A stretch of DNA of 64,000 bases. Source: Gnetum montanum. Lineage: Eukaryota > Plantae > Gnetophyta. The notes under the pieces were generated by a model. It was not told where the DNA came from and made no database searches. It saw only the letters and a list, made by a program, of their open reading frames with translations. Below are positions 40,423 through 52,500 of the stretch, piece after piece (the first letter of the stretch is position 1; each line of letters begins with the position of its first letter). The translations under genes were made by a program, and so were the position numbers. The stretch is from the NCBI GenBank assembly GCA_015680685.1, contig MNCI01003364.1, positions 1 through 64,000 on the forward strand, in the 5' to 3' direction.

Positions 40423-42995
40423 CCTTCACTAGTGATGTCAAAGGGTAATTCTAACCAAGAGACATCAGTGGGAATGGCTCCTATGTTTTTGTTGTTTGGT
40501 GCTTCCTCAGTTTTAATAGGATCATGAGTTAATGTCGGGTTCATGTCTTGAAGTATGCTCATAGTTCCTTGTTTAGGCTCAAAGAACTCAATTTCTGACC
40601 CTTGATCCATTCTCGAGTGTGAGGAAGTAAGTGATGTTTTCATATCCCCATGTATGATGATCTCATCACCCTCATAAGGTAGGTGGATCTCTTGATGGAT
40701 TGGTAAGGATACGGCTCTAAGTTGAGCTAGCCAAGGAAGTCCTAGAATTAGATTGAACCCTAGCATTTCGTTAACCACTACAAATTTAGGAAATGTGGGG
40801 AATTGGTCCCTTGCTAAGAAATCATGCACTGTATATCCTATTTTAAGGTGAAATAGTAATCAGTTCCGTGTCCACACCATTGGTGATATTCACAAAACCT
40901 GGTCTAACCTAAAGCCTTTTGGAATGGGGGGCTCATCAGCTATTGCTAAATCTGGGTTGTTAGCCAACTCATAGAATTGATCATGTTTTTGAGATGCCAC
41001 ATGAGACATTTGTTTATGTTTGATTAACTTGACCTTTAGAAGTTGATGTAACAATTGTGAAGGCTTCATAGGCAAGGGTGTATACTGGGTAGGATCCTTT
41101 TATTCGAATGTACTAGTGTGACCCATGTTGGTGTTTTTATTTGAGGAAGATTCATGTGTAGGCATAGGTGTGGTTCTTTCACGGTTGGTTGGGGTAGCAG
41201 GTTGTTTTCCTTTCTATCTTGGATTGTTAGGTTGGGCTATCTCTACCACTTCCACTACCATCATTTTCGATTTATCCTTATCTTTCCTAGTATGTTGGCT
41301 CCTAAAGGTTGAATAAGTTGGGTCATTACTTGTTTGCGTTGCATCTTCTATGTTCTTAATTTGCACGAATGCTTGGCTTAGAGTATGGACACTCAAATAA
41401 TAAAGTTTTGGTTTAATAAAGTCATTCATGGTTGCCTTAAGGATGGTAAGCAAGTATGTTTTAGGGATGGACTCATGAAGTTCATTCAGGGCTGCACTCC
41501 ACCTTTGGATAAATTTTGGTACCGGCTCTAAGGTGCTTGTTTAATCTTAATCAAGCTATCCAGTGTGGCTTCAAGCTTTAGATTATATTTAAAATGGATG
41601 ACAAACTGATGCAAAAAATATTCTAGAGAGGATATGGAGTTATAGGGTGAAGCTTGATACCAGTCTAAAGCCTTTCCCATTAAGGACATAGCAAACACAT
41701 GCAGAATTACATGAGGCCAGGCCTAAAGAAATAAAAATTCTAGTCAAAATGTTACTAGTTGGGTGTTTGGATCTCCCTCTCCATTGTACTTGGTTAACTG
41801 GGGTAATAAGATTCCCTTTGGTAAGGTTAACGATGGGACTGAAGGGTTGATTGGATCATCTTGGTAGAAGTCTAGCACCTTAACTTCCTTAGTATTTACA
41901 GTTTTAAAGTGCTTTACTTACTCAGTTAACAAGTTCATCATTTTCTTTGTGTCTGCCCACTCTTGGGTGGTAGGTAGATCGATGAGTTGAGTGGATTGTG
42001 ATTGATAATAATTCGATTGTTGCATTGTTTGTGGAAAGGGAGACTATTGGATTGTCGGTTGTTGTGCTGGAGAAACATTCAGAGATGGGATTGTAGGGTG
42101 TAGTACACTGTAGTGAGTTGATTAGTGTTGTTGAATAGCTGGTGAATCCCACTACCCAGCCATAGGTTGTGAGGTGACACCCTAAACGTGTTTGGCTGAA
42201 GTAATCAATGGTGCTCCTTGGGTTTGCAATTGTGGTATGTAATGGGTGGACGTGGAAGCTGGTATAATAGATGGCATCCAAATTACCTGAGGTTGGAAGA
42301 TTGATCCTGCATTAGTTTGAGGAGGGGGTTTTTGGGACTCTAATTGCTAAGGTATGATTGAAGTGGACATATCAAATTGAATGTTGGGCATGGAGAAGGT
42401 GGGAATGGAAGTAGGTACTTCTTGTCTAGAAACTAGCGCTCGAGTGTTCACATAGTTTCTTCCAGGAAAGGAGGAAGCATAGTTTCTTCTAGGAAAGGTT
42501 GGAATAATGGGTTTGTATGGGCATGGAGACTGATAGTATGGTATGAATCCCCATGCTCAAATTGGGCTACAAAGTCATCTTCCTCATCTCCACTCTAAGG
42601 CTCTATTGGAGGTGGTTGTAAGGCTTGACTTCTTGCCATGAGAAGCTAAGATATGAGTTGATGATGATGTTCAAAAAGGGTGATTATATCAAATGCTGAG
42701 GGAATGAACTCATGACCTCCTTTGTAAATGCATTCATAGTTTCTCTTTACTTCCCTTTCTACATGATCGATAGGTAGGTTGGCTTGAATCTTCACACAGA
42801 TGAAGTTGTATTGTTCTGGTGTGAGAGTTGCATAAGTAGGGTTTTGCCTTGTAGCCTGAGTGACTGGCACATAGGGCCTTGGGGGTTTATCTGTTCAATA
42901 ATAGTTATGGGTTCCATCACAATCATAGGGTTTGAGGTCTCAGCCCCAAATTCAGAGATTGGTAGTGTCGCAGTGTTGATCTAGGAAGATTCCAT
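40423..42995 (-). pseudogene. gag: Ogre-like gag and protease (exon 1)
   Basis: gag core (LPQLTKYNGEGDPNT..FAMSLMGKALDWY at ~41660-41810). PR C-terminus FNLILGLPWL..AVSLPIHQEI..IIIHGD. Confidence 0.85.
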
Positions 42996-43268
42996 AGCAA
43001 GCGTGAATAAACTGGACTGGACGAGCTGAGCATGCATAAGTTAGGTGGTCAAGCTGGAATGAGTAAGTTTGGGCATGTGCAAACTAAGCGTGTGCAAATT
43101 GGCTTAAGCATGAGCAAGCTGATAGCATGAGCAAGCTGAGGTTAGCAAGAGTAAATCAAGTCGAGCATATGCAAGCTAGCTTGACGAGATGGGCTTTAGT
43201 TTTAGCACTTGGCCTATGCAGCATTTGAACAGGTAGCGTGATCAACATTTTGACAGATGATAAACAAG

Positions 43269-43290
43269 TTCAGCCCTCCTTCTAGTGTCA
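43269..43290 (-). promoter_or_regulatory. primer binding site, tRNA-Asn type
   Basis: Minus strand tgacactagaaggagggctg, a decayed TGGCGCTAGAAGGAGGG, adjacent to the 5' LTR. Confidence 0.75.
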
Positions 43291-43296
43291 GTTTAC

Positions 43297-45023
43297 TGTA
43301 CTAACTAAAATCATCGGCATAAGGCTTGAAGGAAAAAAAACACCGAAATATCGTCGAACGGGCATAGTTGACCTTAACTTCATGTGAGGACAAGCTGGAA
43401 AAGAAAACGAAGGTAAAGTGCCTCGGATGGTTTGCACACAAATCAACTAAGGACTTCCCTGAACATAAGCTATGGCTTACACCGGGATTATCGCAACTAA
43501 TGTTCAAAATGTAAATAGTGACACATGAAATGCAAACAGAGTGTATACAGAACTAGTATTGTAAACAAAGCGTAAACTAAATTTAAAAAAGAGTAAATAA
43601 TATAATGGAAGGAAAAAATGAGCTATATTATATTTCTTAGAATGAATGTGCACCAGTCAAAGCATAGATGCATGTGTGGATTTCAAGTCAAGTGCTAAGC
43701 CCATGGGTTTAGGGTTTAGGGCTTGCAGGTGCTTGGATGCTAGGAGTCAGGTGTGCTAGAGCATCCAAAAGTTGCTAGTCAGTGTTTCCTAAGCCATCAA
43801 CCTTCAAAATTATCAACCCCATTTATGTGAATGGATGGGGTATTTATAAGGTTTGGCTAGGTTCAAGTATGGAACTCATAGATGGATCAATGGCTAAGAA
43901 ATGAGAGGAAAACAAATCATGTAACAAGTGTTAGATGGACAGCTATGTGCCAAGTGGGCGTGCATACATAGGCTACGTTCTTAACTGGATGCACTGTATC
44001 TTACAACATGTGTTGGCTTACACAAGCTAGCTTACTCCCCTAGAAGTAGATACAATTTGGAGTGTAAGAGCTTGACAAGCTCACAAATGATGAAAATTTA
44101 CAATGAAAATGATAATGTACAATAAGAGAGATTGACTCCAGCTCGCTTGAAACTTCTCGATCCTAGAATTGACTATTGTAGGATGTCGATTTGAGTGGTT
44201 TTGTGGTTGTTTGAGGCATCTCTGTTTCATCAGAGCTTCTAGCGTAAGTTGATTTTGTCTTGGCATGTCCTCAACATGTGTTTGATGTGCTTTTGACTGG
44301 TTGTGATCAGTACTCACGCTGCACTCATGCCGTCAGCATGACCTCAGCGTGAGTGAGCTAAAAATGATATATTTCACACCAAATTTTAATCTTTAAAGCA
44401 TGTTTCTTAAGTATAGTAATTTTCTAACTATGTTTGACCTTGAGAGTGATCTGTAAGTCAAAAATTAAGCTTAGATATGTCTTATTTTAGACCACTTTTG
44501 GTAGCTCACGCTGGACTGACGCTGCCAACGTGACCTTAGGGTGACCATTAGCATGAGCTATAAAAACTTATAATTTTGGACCTAAAATCTAGAATTCTGA
44601 AGGCTGGAACTTGAAGTTGTCAATAATGAACCCTGAGGATGACTTGCACCCTTGAAATCAAACCATTTCAACTTAGTTTCAAGGCTCTCACAGTTGCTCA
44701 TGTTATATTCACGCTGCCAGCATGACCTTAGTGTGACCATCAGCGTGAGTGAGAAAAATTGTACAATTCGACTCAAAATTTGAACTCTTGAATGTTGAAA
44801 TTTGAAGTGGGTAATAGTGATCCTTGAGAATGGCTTACACCCTCAAATTGGACCATCTTTGACTTGATTTTGGAATTTTTGGAGCTGCTCACATTGAGGG
44901 TAATCTAGCTTGACAAGCTAATCATGAGTTACATGCCTTAGTCAAATGTTTACCTCCCAAATGCTCAAAAGGGCCTATGTTGTTCTCATTTCAAAGTGTT
45001 AGGCTGAAATTAGTGGTGTTTCA
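43297..45023 (-). repeat. 5' LTR of Ogre-like element
   Basis: Colinear with 27321-29043; contains CTCACGCTG/CAGCGTGAG clusters. Confidence 0.95.
43705..43721 (+). repeat. interstitial telomeric repeat GGGTTTAGGGTTTAGGG
   Basis: Present in this LTR only; the sister LTR has GGGTGATATG at ~27733. Confidence 0.8.
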
Positions 45024-45028
45024 CAACT

Positions 45029-45736
45029 GAGGCATATGATTTTTATCTTTTTTACTTTTTATGTTTTAAGTTACCTAAGAATAAAGAATACTGAATATAG
45101 TAATTTAATTACTAATTTAATCTAACTAACTAACATTTAACTAATCCTAACATAAGCATCCATTCTTAGTTGCTGTACACATCCTGAACACATTTAACAC
45201 TACTGGGTTACCAAATGTTAAGCATTATTGGGATTACCAAGTGCCAAGTGTATCCTAGAAGTGGTCATACTTATGTGCTTAATCAATTACTATTTAGTTT
45301 GGCTTACTTTATTACTTAATTACTTAAAGCATTAAAGAAGATTGCATAAAACATTAAATGCATAAAGGAAATAATCAATCTATTCAAATTTTTGCAAGGT
45401 TTGTCAAAAAGCTCATCTTTATTGTCCCATACATTATTGTGCTTAGATATAATAGTGCTCGAATAAAGATCTGTACACTCTTTGACTCCTACTATGGAAC
45501 TTAGAAAAATATTCTATCTTTGAAGTGGAAAAACTACTAGGGATTCACTACAATTATGACAAAGATGTCATAAACACGGTGGGTGAGTGTGTATTTATAG
45601 GTAAAAATAGACACTGCATCAACGAGGTAACATCAATGCATCTAATCATATGTTAACATAGCCATGTCGATAAGGTCACATCAATGAGACCATGTTAACA
45701 AGGCCTCGTAGACATAATCCATGGCATGACTCATCA
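45029..45736 (-). repeat. Athila 3' LTR piece B
   Basis: Matches 55937-56646; PPT (tacccccatgag on plus) follows at 45737. Confidence 0.88.
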
Positions 45737-45985
45737 TACCCCCATGAGTGAATGAAAACTCATCCTCAAGTGAACAAAAGTAGGAAAAAGTTTCTTACAA
45801 AATGTTGGAAATGTATAGAATTATTTAGTAACTATTTACATACACAAACACAAACATACACTAAGTGCCTAAGTGTATGAATTTACAATCATTATAGAAT
45901 TTTGGTATTCAGGACAACAAAGTTGAACACTAGGACAAAAATAACAAACATAAGTCCTCTGATGGTGTGAAGATGAGCAAGAAGT

Positions 45986-47953
45986 TCAAATGGTCGTAGG
46001 TTGTAGAGGTTCTTGAGGCTTTGAAGGATCTTCTCCTGCTTCAGGTGCACATGGTGGTTGTGATTGTTCTATGGTAGCTACAAATTCTAGTGGAAGATGA
46101 AAGGCATCCAATAGTGCCTTCATCTTCTCCTCCTTACTTCTAGGATCATTCATGGCCCACACTGCATCATGAATGTGGGTTAGTGTGGAAACATCCCAAG
46201 GATAGGACATTATTTGAAATAGTTTCTTCGCATTAATGAACTAGACAGTGAAAAGTATGCATTCAACATCAAATTCCTTTACTACATTTTATAGCTCCTG
46301 GTAGTTACTTATTCTTCTAATTAGGTTCTCAACTATGGACCATTGATTGGTGAAGAGCTACCTAAGAACATCAAGTTTTACATTTGTGAGCTTAAGCTTC
46401 TACTTGGTGTCTTTGTGATGCTTAAACTTTGCTTCGTAAAAAAAGTGCAAATTGGCCACCTATTTCTCTACTTCAAATCATGACCATTTGATAGTCAACA
46501 TTACCAAATTTGCATAATAGAGATTGGAAAGCTCTATATACTCTATCATCTCCTTGATTTGTAGCTCTTTCATGCAGATTTCTAGTTTTTTGTAGTTATT
46601 GAGCCCATTAAAGATAGGCTACTAGACATCACCTCCTTCCTTGAGCTACTAGAGGGCATCATTAACATTCAAGTTTAGCATTTGAATATTTTTCTCATTG
46701 ATTTCTTTTTGTAGACCAACCTAATCTCTATTGTGATTTTCGACTCTTTCAAACTTGAGAGCCTTATATTTCTAGGCAGCTACCTCTATTGTAGTTTTCT
46801 AGTAAAGAGCTTGAACTTCTTCCATGGATAGATTTCTACTTTCAATTGCTAATCTACTTAGTTCATTATTTACTCTAGCTAGCTACTCCTACTGTTGATG
46901 ATAAAAATGTTTAATTAATGCTTCTACACATAAAAATTCCTTAGGTAATGAGTTTCTAGTCCAAGGTAATTTGGATATTATGATGGTGGAATTGTCCAAG
47001 GACTAATCAAAGATTATTTTCTTCTTTGCATCCTCAACCTTCATGGTAGAAAAAGCATGCCTAATTGCATCATTGACATAGTAAACTATTCATGTCCTTT
47101 TGCATAGTCTTATAATGAGGTAGTGAAAGGGCAAGACTTTCCTTCAACATTCATTCTATTTAAACCACTTCTTTATCTCTAGATAGATTAACTGTGGAAG
47201 ATTAAAGGAAAAATTTCCACTCAAAGTAGCACACACATAGGCAGAAAAGGTAGTAACCTTATTGGGCCTCACTATTGGAATTAGGTGATGGGCCACTATC
47301 TTGCAATACATGCATTCTACCAGAGTGAGTGCACCATACTCCTTACAGTACACTACATAACATCGTTGGGTCCACTTCTTCTTTACCTTAGGGTCTACCT
47401 AAGTTGAGATCTCTACCAAGTTGGTTCTAGTATCAAGTAAGTTGAGAGCCTATGTGATTACTTCAACAGAGTAGGACATGTGAATGTCCTTGATTCTAAC
47501 TATGGCACCTAGTTGTTGATTGTTCCAAAAGAGGTAGGTATCTTTCATATACCACTCTCCATTGAAAGTGATGATTGGCCACATGGGAGAGGTTTGCAAT
47601 TAAGCTTTGACTTCCTCTAGAGCAAACTCAAGGAGCATCCCAAATTTTAGTTCTTGGAGAATCAAATGTTCAACATTCCTAGGTTTGGTTTGATCAAGGT
47701 AGGCATGGGTTAAGGGAACTTCAAGTCTAGGCATAGGACCTAGTGTCTCATCTAGATGAGACTACTTTATTTCTACTTGTTCTAAAACTTGATGAATAGA
47801 TTCTACTTCAAGATCCTCATGAAGAGGTCTCGTGGCATGAGTCTCACCTTCTTACTCTTAGGATTATTCTTATTGGCCCCTTCTAGTTCTAGGTTGCTTA
47901 TCCCTAGGTCAAGATGTTCTTGCCTCTAGTCCATGCTTCAGTCTTGGTGCCAT
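45986..47953 (-). pseudogene. Athila env-like/ORF1 accessory ORF with coiled coil
   Basis: ATG at 47953 and fragments such as MYCKIVAHHLIP..FSFNLPQLIYLEI, located between INT and PPT. Confidence 0.6.
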
Positions 47954-49599
47954 TTGTAACCATAACACAATCAAGGATTAGCATATAGTGTGTAACTCAT
48001 AACATTAAGTACCTTATCTCTTTTGGGATAGTTACACTTGGCTAAGATGTGGTCATGGCGGATTGATCTTTTAATATTATTTTAATTAATTTTAGGCTAC
48101 CAAAGTTTGTTGGAAGGGTTTAACTTCCATAGGTTGATGATTTAATATTATATTATTCATTAAACCCATGGGGGAGTTAGAAAAATTCTGAATTTTTTTC
48201 TCAAAAACCTAAGCTTTGTGGCCCTCATATGTAGAGTGTTACTCCAGTAGCTAGAGGACTAAAAAATGACTAAAATTAGACAAATGGTATGAAAAATATG
48301 GTCTCTGAAAGGTTGGAGATCTAAAAATTACAAACAATCCTCTTTTGTTTGAAGTAAAATGGCAAGAATTGCTAAGTGTTTAACCCTATTTATAGTATTT
48401 TTACCATGCATCAATGGGTCCACATTAACTTGGCCACATCGATGTAAAGGCTAGCATATACGGGACTATGTCAATGCATTTCCTAACCACCATTGACTTT
48501 TCAGAAATTCAAGCAATACAAAGAGTTTGGAGATGAAATTGAAGTCCTTTGGAAGCACATGAAGCCAAGAACATGATGAAATGCATGAAGAGGACTTGAT
48601 AGTTTGCAAAAATGAAGGAATTGATGAGAGAATGTAATTTTATGAAAGAAATGCCTTAAGGAGTGCACAATTGGATGCAACCAATGGTGAATGTAGATGA
48701 TTTGATTGTCAAAATGCCTAAGGATAAGGGAATTAACTAGCCCAACCAAGAGTTATGCAAGTGGATCCTTCCCATAGCAACCTCATGCCCTTTTTGCCCT
48801 TGCATAACCTCAACCCCAGGAGTTTGTGAGCCCCTTAGTTGATTAATGGTTATCAAGAGTTATCAATCAAATCTAGAAGAATCTACCTAAGAATTTCAAT
48901 ATATCAAATTAAGACATTGAATAAGACATAGAAATTGGTAGTGAGGTGAAAAAAATAAAGCACTAAAGGATGGAAAGGAAAGTGGAATGAAGTTATGAAT
49001 TGTGGTCATGTGAAGTCCCTTATGGAATATGTGGTTAGATGACACAATAAAATCTATCCTCAGTCCAGACCAAAACCAACCACATTTAGTGACTTCACAT
49101 CACCACCCTAAGACTAGTCCACCTCCTCAAGACACAAGAATGCTCCCACAAATCAACACCATTTCTTATTTGAGAAGAAAAGAGAAGCATGAAGTGAGAA
49201 AGGGCCTTAGTTATAGGGGACCTTTAGGCATGGGTAACATGTTTCTCTAGTCCCATAACCAATTCTTGTAGTCCATTATTTTGTTTAAGGATTGTGCTTT
49301 GAATTCAATCATGTTTTTATGGATTTTTTGGATGGGAACCACATCATGAAAAGACTTATTCAACTTCCTATTATTATTTGAAATGGAATGGTGAGAAATC
49401 TATGAAAAACACTCATACATTCAAGTAATTAGAGAGGCATAAAGAGTATCAAATCCCCTTGAAGTCACACATTATTCAAACCTTTGAGTCTTTCCCAACT
49501 TTAAAAACTACCAATGTCACAAGTTCGTTAAATTTTATGAATGAAAAAGGAACCCCATGTTGATTAATTACTTTTTGTTTAGGTTCTTAGGTTTGTAAA

Positions 49600-52500
49600 T
49601 TAACATGACCCCAAAAGAAAAGGTTTCATAGATGATGTAAGGCCCTTTCCACAATGTTCGGAACTTAGTTTTTTGAGGTATATGTGTGGGGTTCTAGTAG
49701 AGTACCTTATCTCTAGGTTGAAATTTTACCTTTCATATTCTAAGATCATGGTATTGTTTATTGAATGCTTTGTAAACTTCATTCAAAGGTAGGGCCACCA
49801 ATTTATTCTCATCTAGTATATTAAAATTAATTAGTCTTTCCTTTTGTGCTAGGCTAAGATCAAGATCAAGATCATAGGTTGTTGAAAGTGTATAGAACTT
49901 GGATTGAATTGGAAGAGTTGGTAATCTTCTATACACTAGCTCATAGTAAGAGTAGCCTATAGGGAGTTTCCATGTGAAGCAATAGGCCCAAAGGACATCA
50001 TTTATTTTTGTGTTCTAGTCTCTCCTATATTTGCTAATTATTCTTGTTAAAATTTTCTTGATCTTCCTATTGGTAACCTCTACTTAACCGTTGGCTTAAG
50101 GGTGGTAGGATGTTTTTAGTTTATGTTCAATCCTCAAGTGTTGCATGAGTTGCAAAAAGTAGCACCTATAAAGTAACTACCACTGTTAGAAATTAGTGCA
50201 TGTAGCACTCAAAACCTATTTAAAACATTTTGTTATACACACAGAGTAGCAATGGAGATGTATAGTTGGTGGCAACTGCTACTTCTACCAATTTTGTCCA
50301 ATAGTCAACAACAACTATTATGTATGTCTTTCAATTTGACATGGGTGTGATGGGACACATGAAGTCTATGCCCCAGATGTCGAAGTGTACTAGTGGTTGG
50401 ATCCACTACTAAGCTCTCTCCATTCAAGTAGTCATTTGATCATCTTGTTGATACCATTCACGAAAGTGGATGAATTGGTGGACATTCCTAAAGATTGTTG
50501 TCCAATAGTACCCTACCATCAATATTTTAATGGTTGTACATCTCCTTGCATAGTGGTGCCTACAAGGACCCTCATGAACATCTTAGAGAATGTGCACTTG
50601 GTCAACATCATGAACACACCAACGAACTAAGCCATTAGTGCAGACATTGTAAAGATGTCCATGGATTTCCATGAAGCATTTGGCTTGATGAATAAACTAT
50701 TGTTTCTTCTAGTGGTCTAACTATTATACATCTCTTGAGTAAGAAGATAAGTGAGGATGCCATGATACCATTTTGGTTTAGTAAATACTTCTTCATTTAT
50801 TGCACCAACAAAAAGGAGTTCATCAGGAAATTGATCAGAGAGAAGGCTCTCATCCTCTTTGTTATCCCATTGTAACCAAGACAAGTAATTAGAAACTAAA
50901 TTATTAATCCCCTTTTGGTCTACCATTGTAAGATCAAACTCTTGCAAGACCACCAACCACCATAGAGAATGAGGGCTCATCATTGGTTTAGTCATTAGAA
51001 AGCGAATAGCACTATGGTCAGTGTGCACAAACACTTTGTATCCAAGAACATAGTGCCAAAACGTATCCAAAGCATACCCCATGATCATCAGCCCTTCTTT
51101 CATTATGGTATAATTAAGTTGTGCACTCACAATGCTTTAGCTTGCATAGTGGATGTAATATAGATGTTTCTTATCATCCAATTGCATAAGGATAGCTCCC
51201 AAGGCATAGTGGCATAGTTTGATGCATTTTTCATAATGTGAAATGGTCAAGACTATATAGGTTCTTGTAGAATTAAAGTTTCTACAAGATTTTTCTATAA
51301 TCTACTATAATGTCTTTTTGCATTTCTTGGTCCATATGAATAGAGCATCTTTCTTTATTAGCTTGACCAACAATTTTGTGATTTCAAAGAAATTCTCTAT
51401 GAATTACTAATAGTAGCTAGTATGTCCAAGGAATGATTGGACATTGTTAATAGTTTTTAGTTGGTGGGTTATTCCTTGGATGACCCTAATCTTTTTAGGT
51501 CCATCTCAATTCCTTCTTAAGAAATTCTATGCCTTAACACAATGCCCTCTTAGACCATAAGATGGCTCTTTTACCAATTCAACTAAATATTAGTCTCCAC
51601 ACACCTTTTAATCACTTACGTAAGGTGGTTTAGGGCTTGCTCCAATGTAGCACTGTAGGTGGAGTAGTCATCCATGAAGACTTCCATCTTGAAACCAATC
51701 TACTATTGAAAAATTCTCAAGAACAAGCATTGTAAAGTTGCAAGGGCATTGCATAGACCAAAGGGAATCTTACGATATGAAAAATTATTCCAAGGACTTG
51801 TGAATATTGTTTTGGACTGATCCTTGGGCTCAATATAAATTTTGTTATAGCCACTATAAACATCTAGAAAGCTATAATAGCAATGTGAAGAAATAGTATC
51901 CAACGCTTGGTCTAGAAATGGTAGTTGAAAATGATCTTTGAACATCACCATGTTCAATAGCTTGAAATAAATATAGACCTATCACGTGCCACCTTTCTTT
52001 GGCAAAATTACAAGTGGGCTAATCCACTCACTATCCGCAATTGGATAGATGAACCTTGTCTTGAGTAGTTCTTCAATTTTCTCTTTGATGATATACTTTA
52101 ATTTGGGGTTTAGCTACTACTACCATTACCTCTTTGGCTTCATGGCTAGATTGGTATAGATGCCATGCTAACATATCCAAGGAAAAATCTCTATGATTTA
52201 GGATATGACCAAGAAAAGGCTATTGGCCATTTGTTGACCACCTTCAACAACATCCTTTTCTACTTAGGACTAAGGTTGACATTGATTATTACTAGCTTGT
52301 AATTTTTTAGAAATGCATATTCCATGCTGATGGTTAGAGTTTTTAACTCTAAGGGAATGTGTTTAAAACTATTAGGGATTTCCAACTCTCTCTAATTAAT
52401 ATCATCAAGTTTATCATTGGAGAGTTGTTGATGAACTTGCTCCAATTTAGCCATGCCTTCAACATGGGCATAAGCTAGGCTCTCAATACATTCCATGCAA

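Larger units (their letters stand above)
27321..45023 (-). mobile_element. full-length Ogre-like Tat-clade LTR retrotransposon (gag-PR-intron-RT-RH-aRH-INT), 17.7 kb
   Basis: Perfect TSD CAACT (27316-27320 and 45024-45028). Two ~1.72-kb TG..CA LTRs. PBS and PPT present. aRH lies after RH. Confidence 0.95.
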
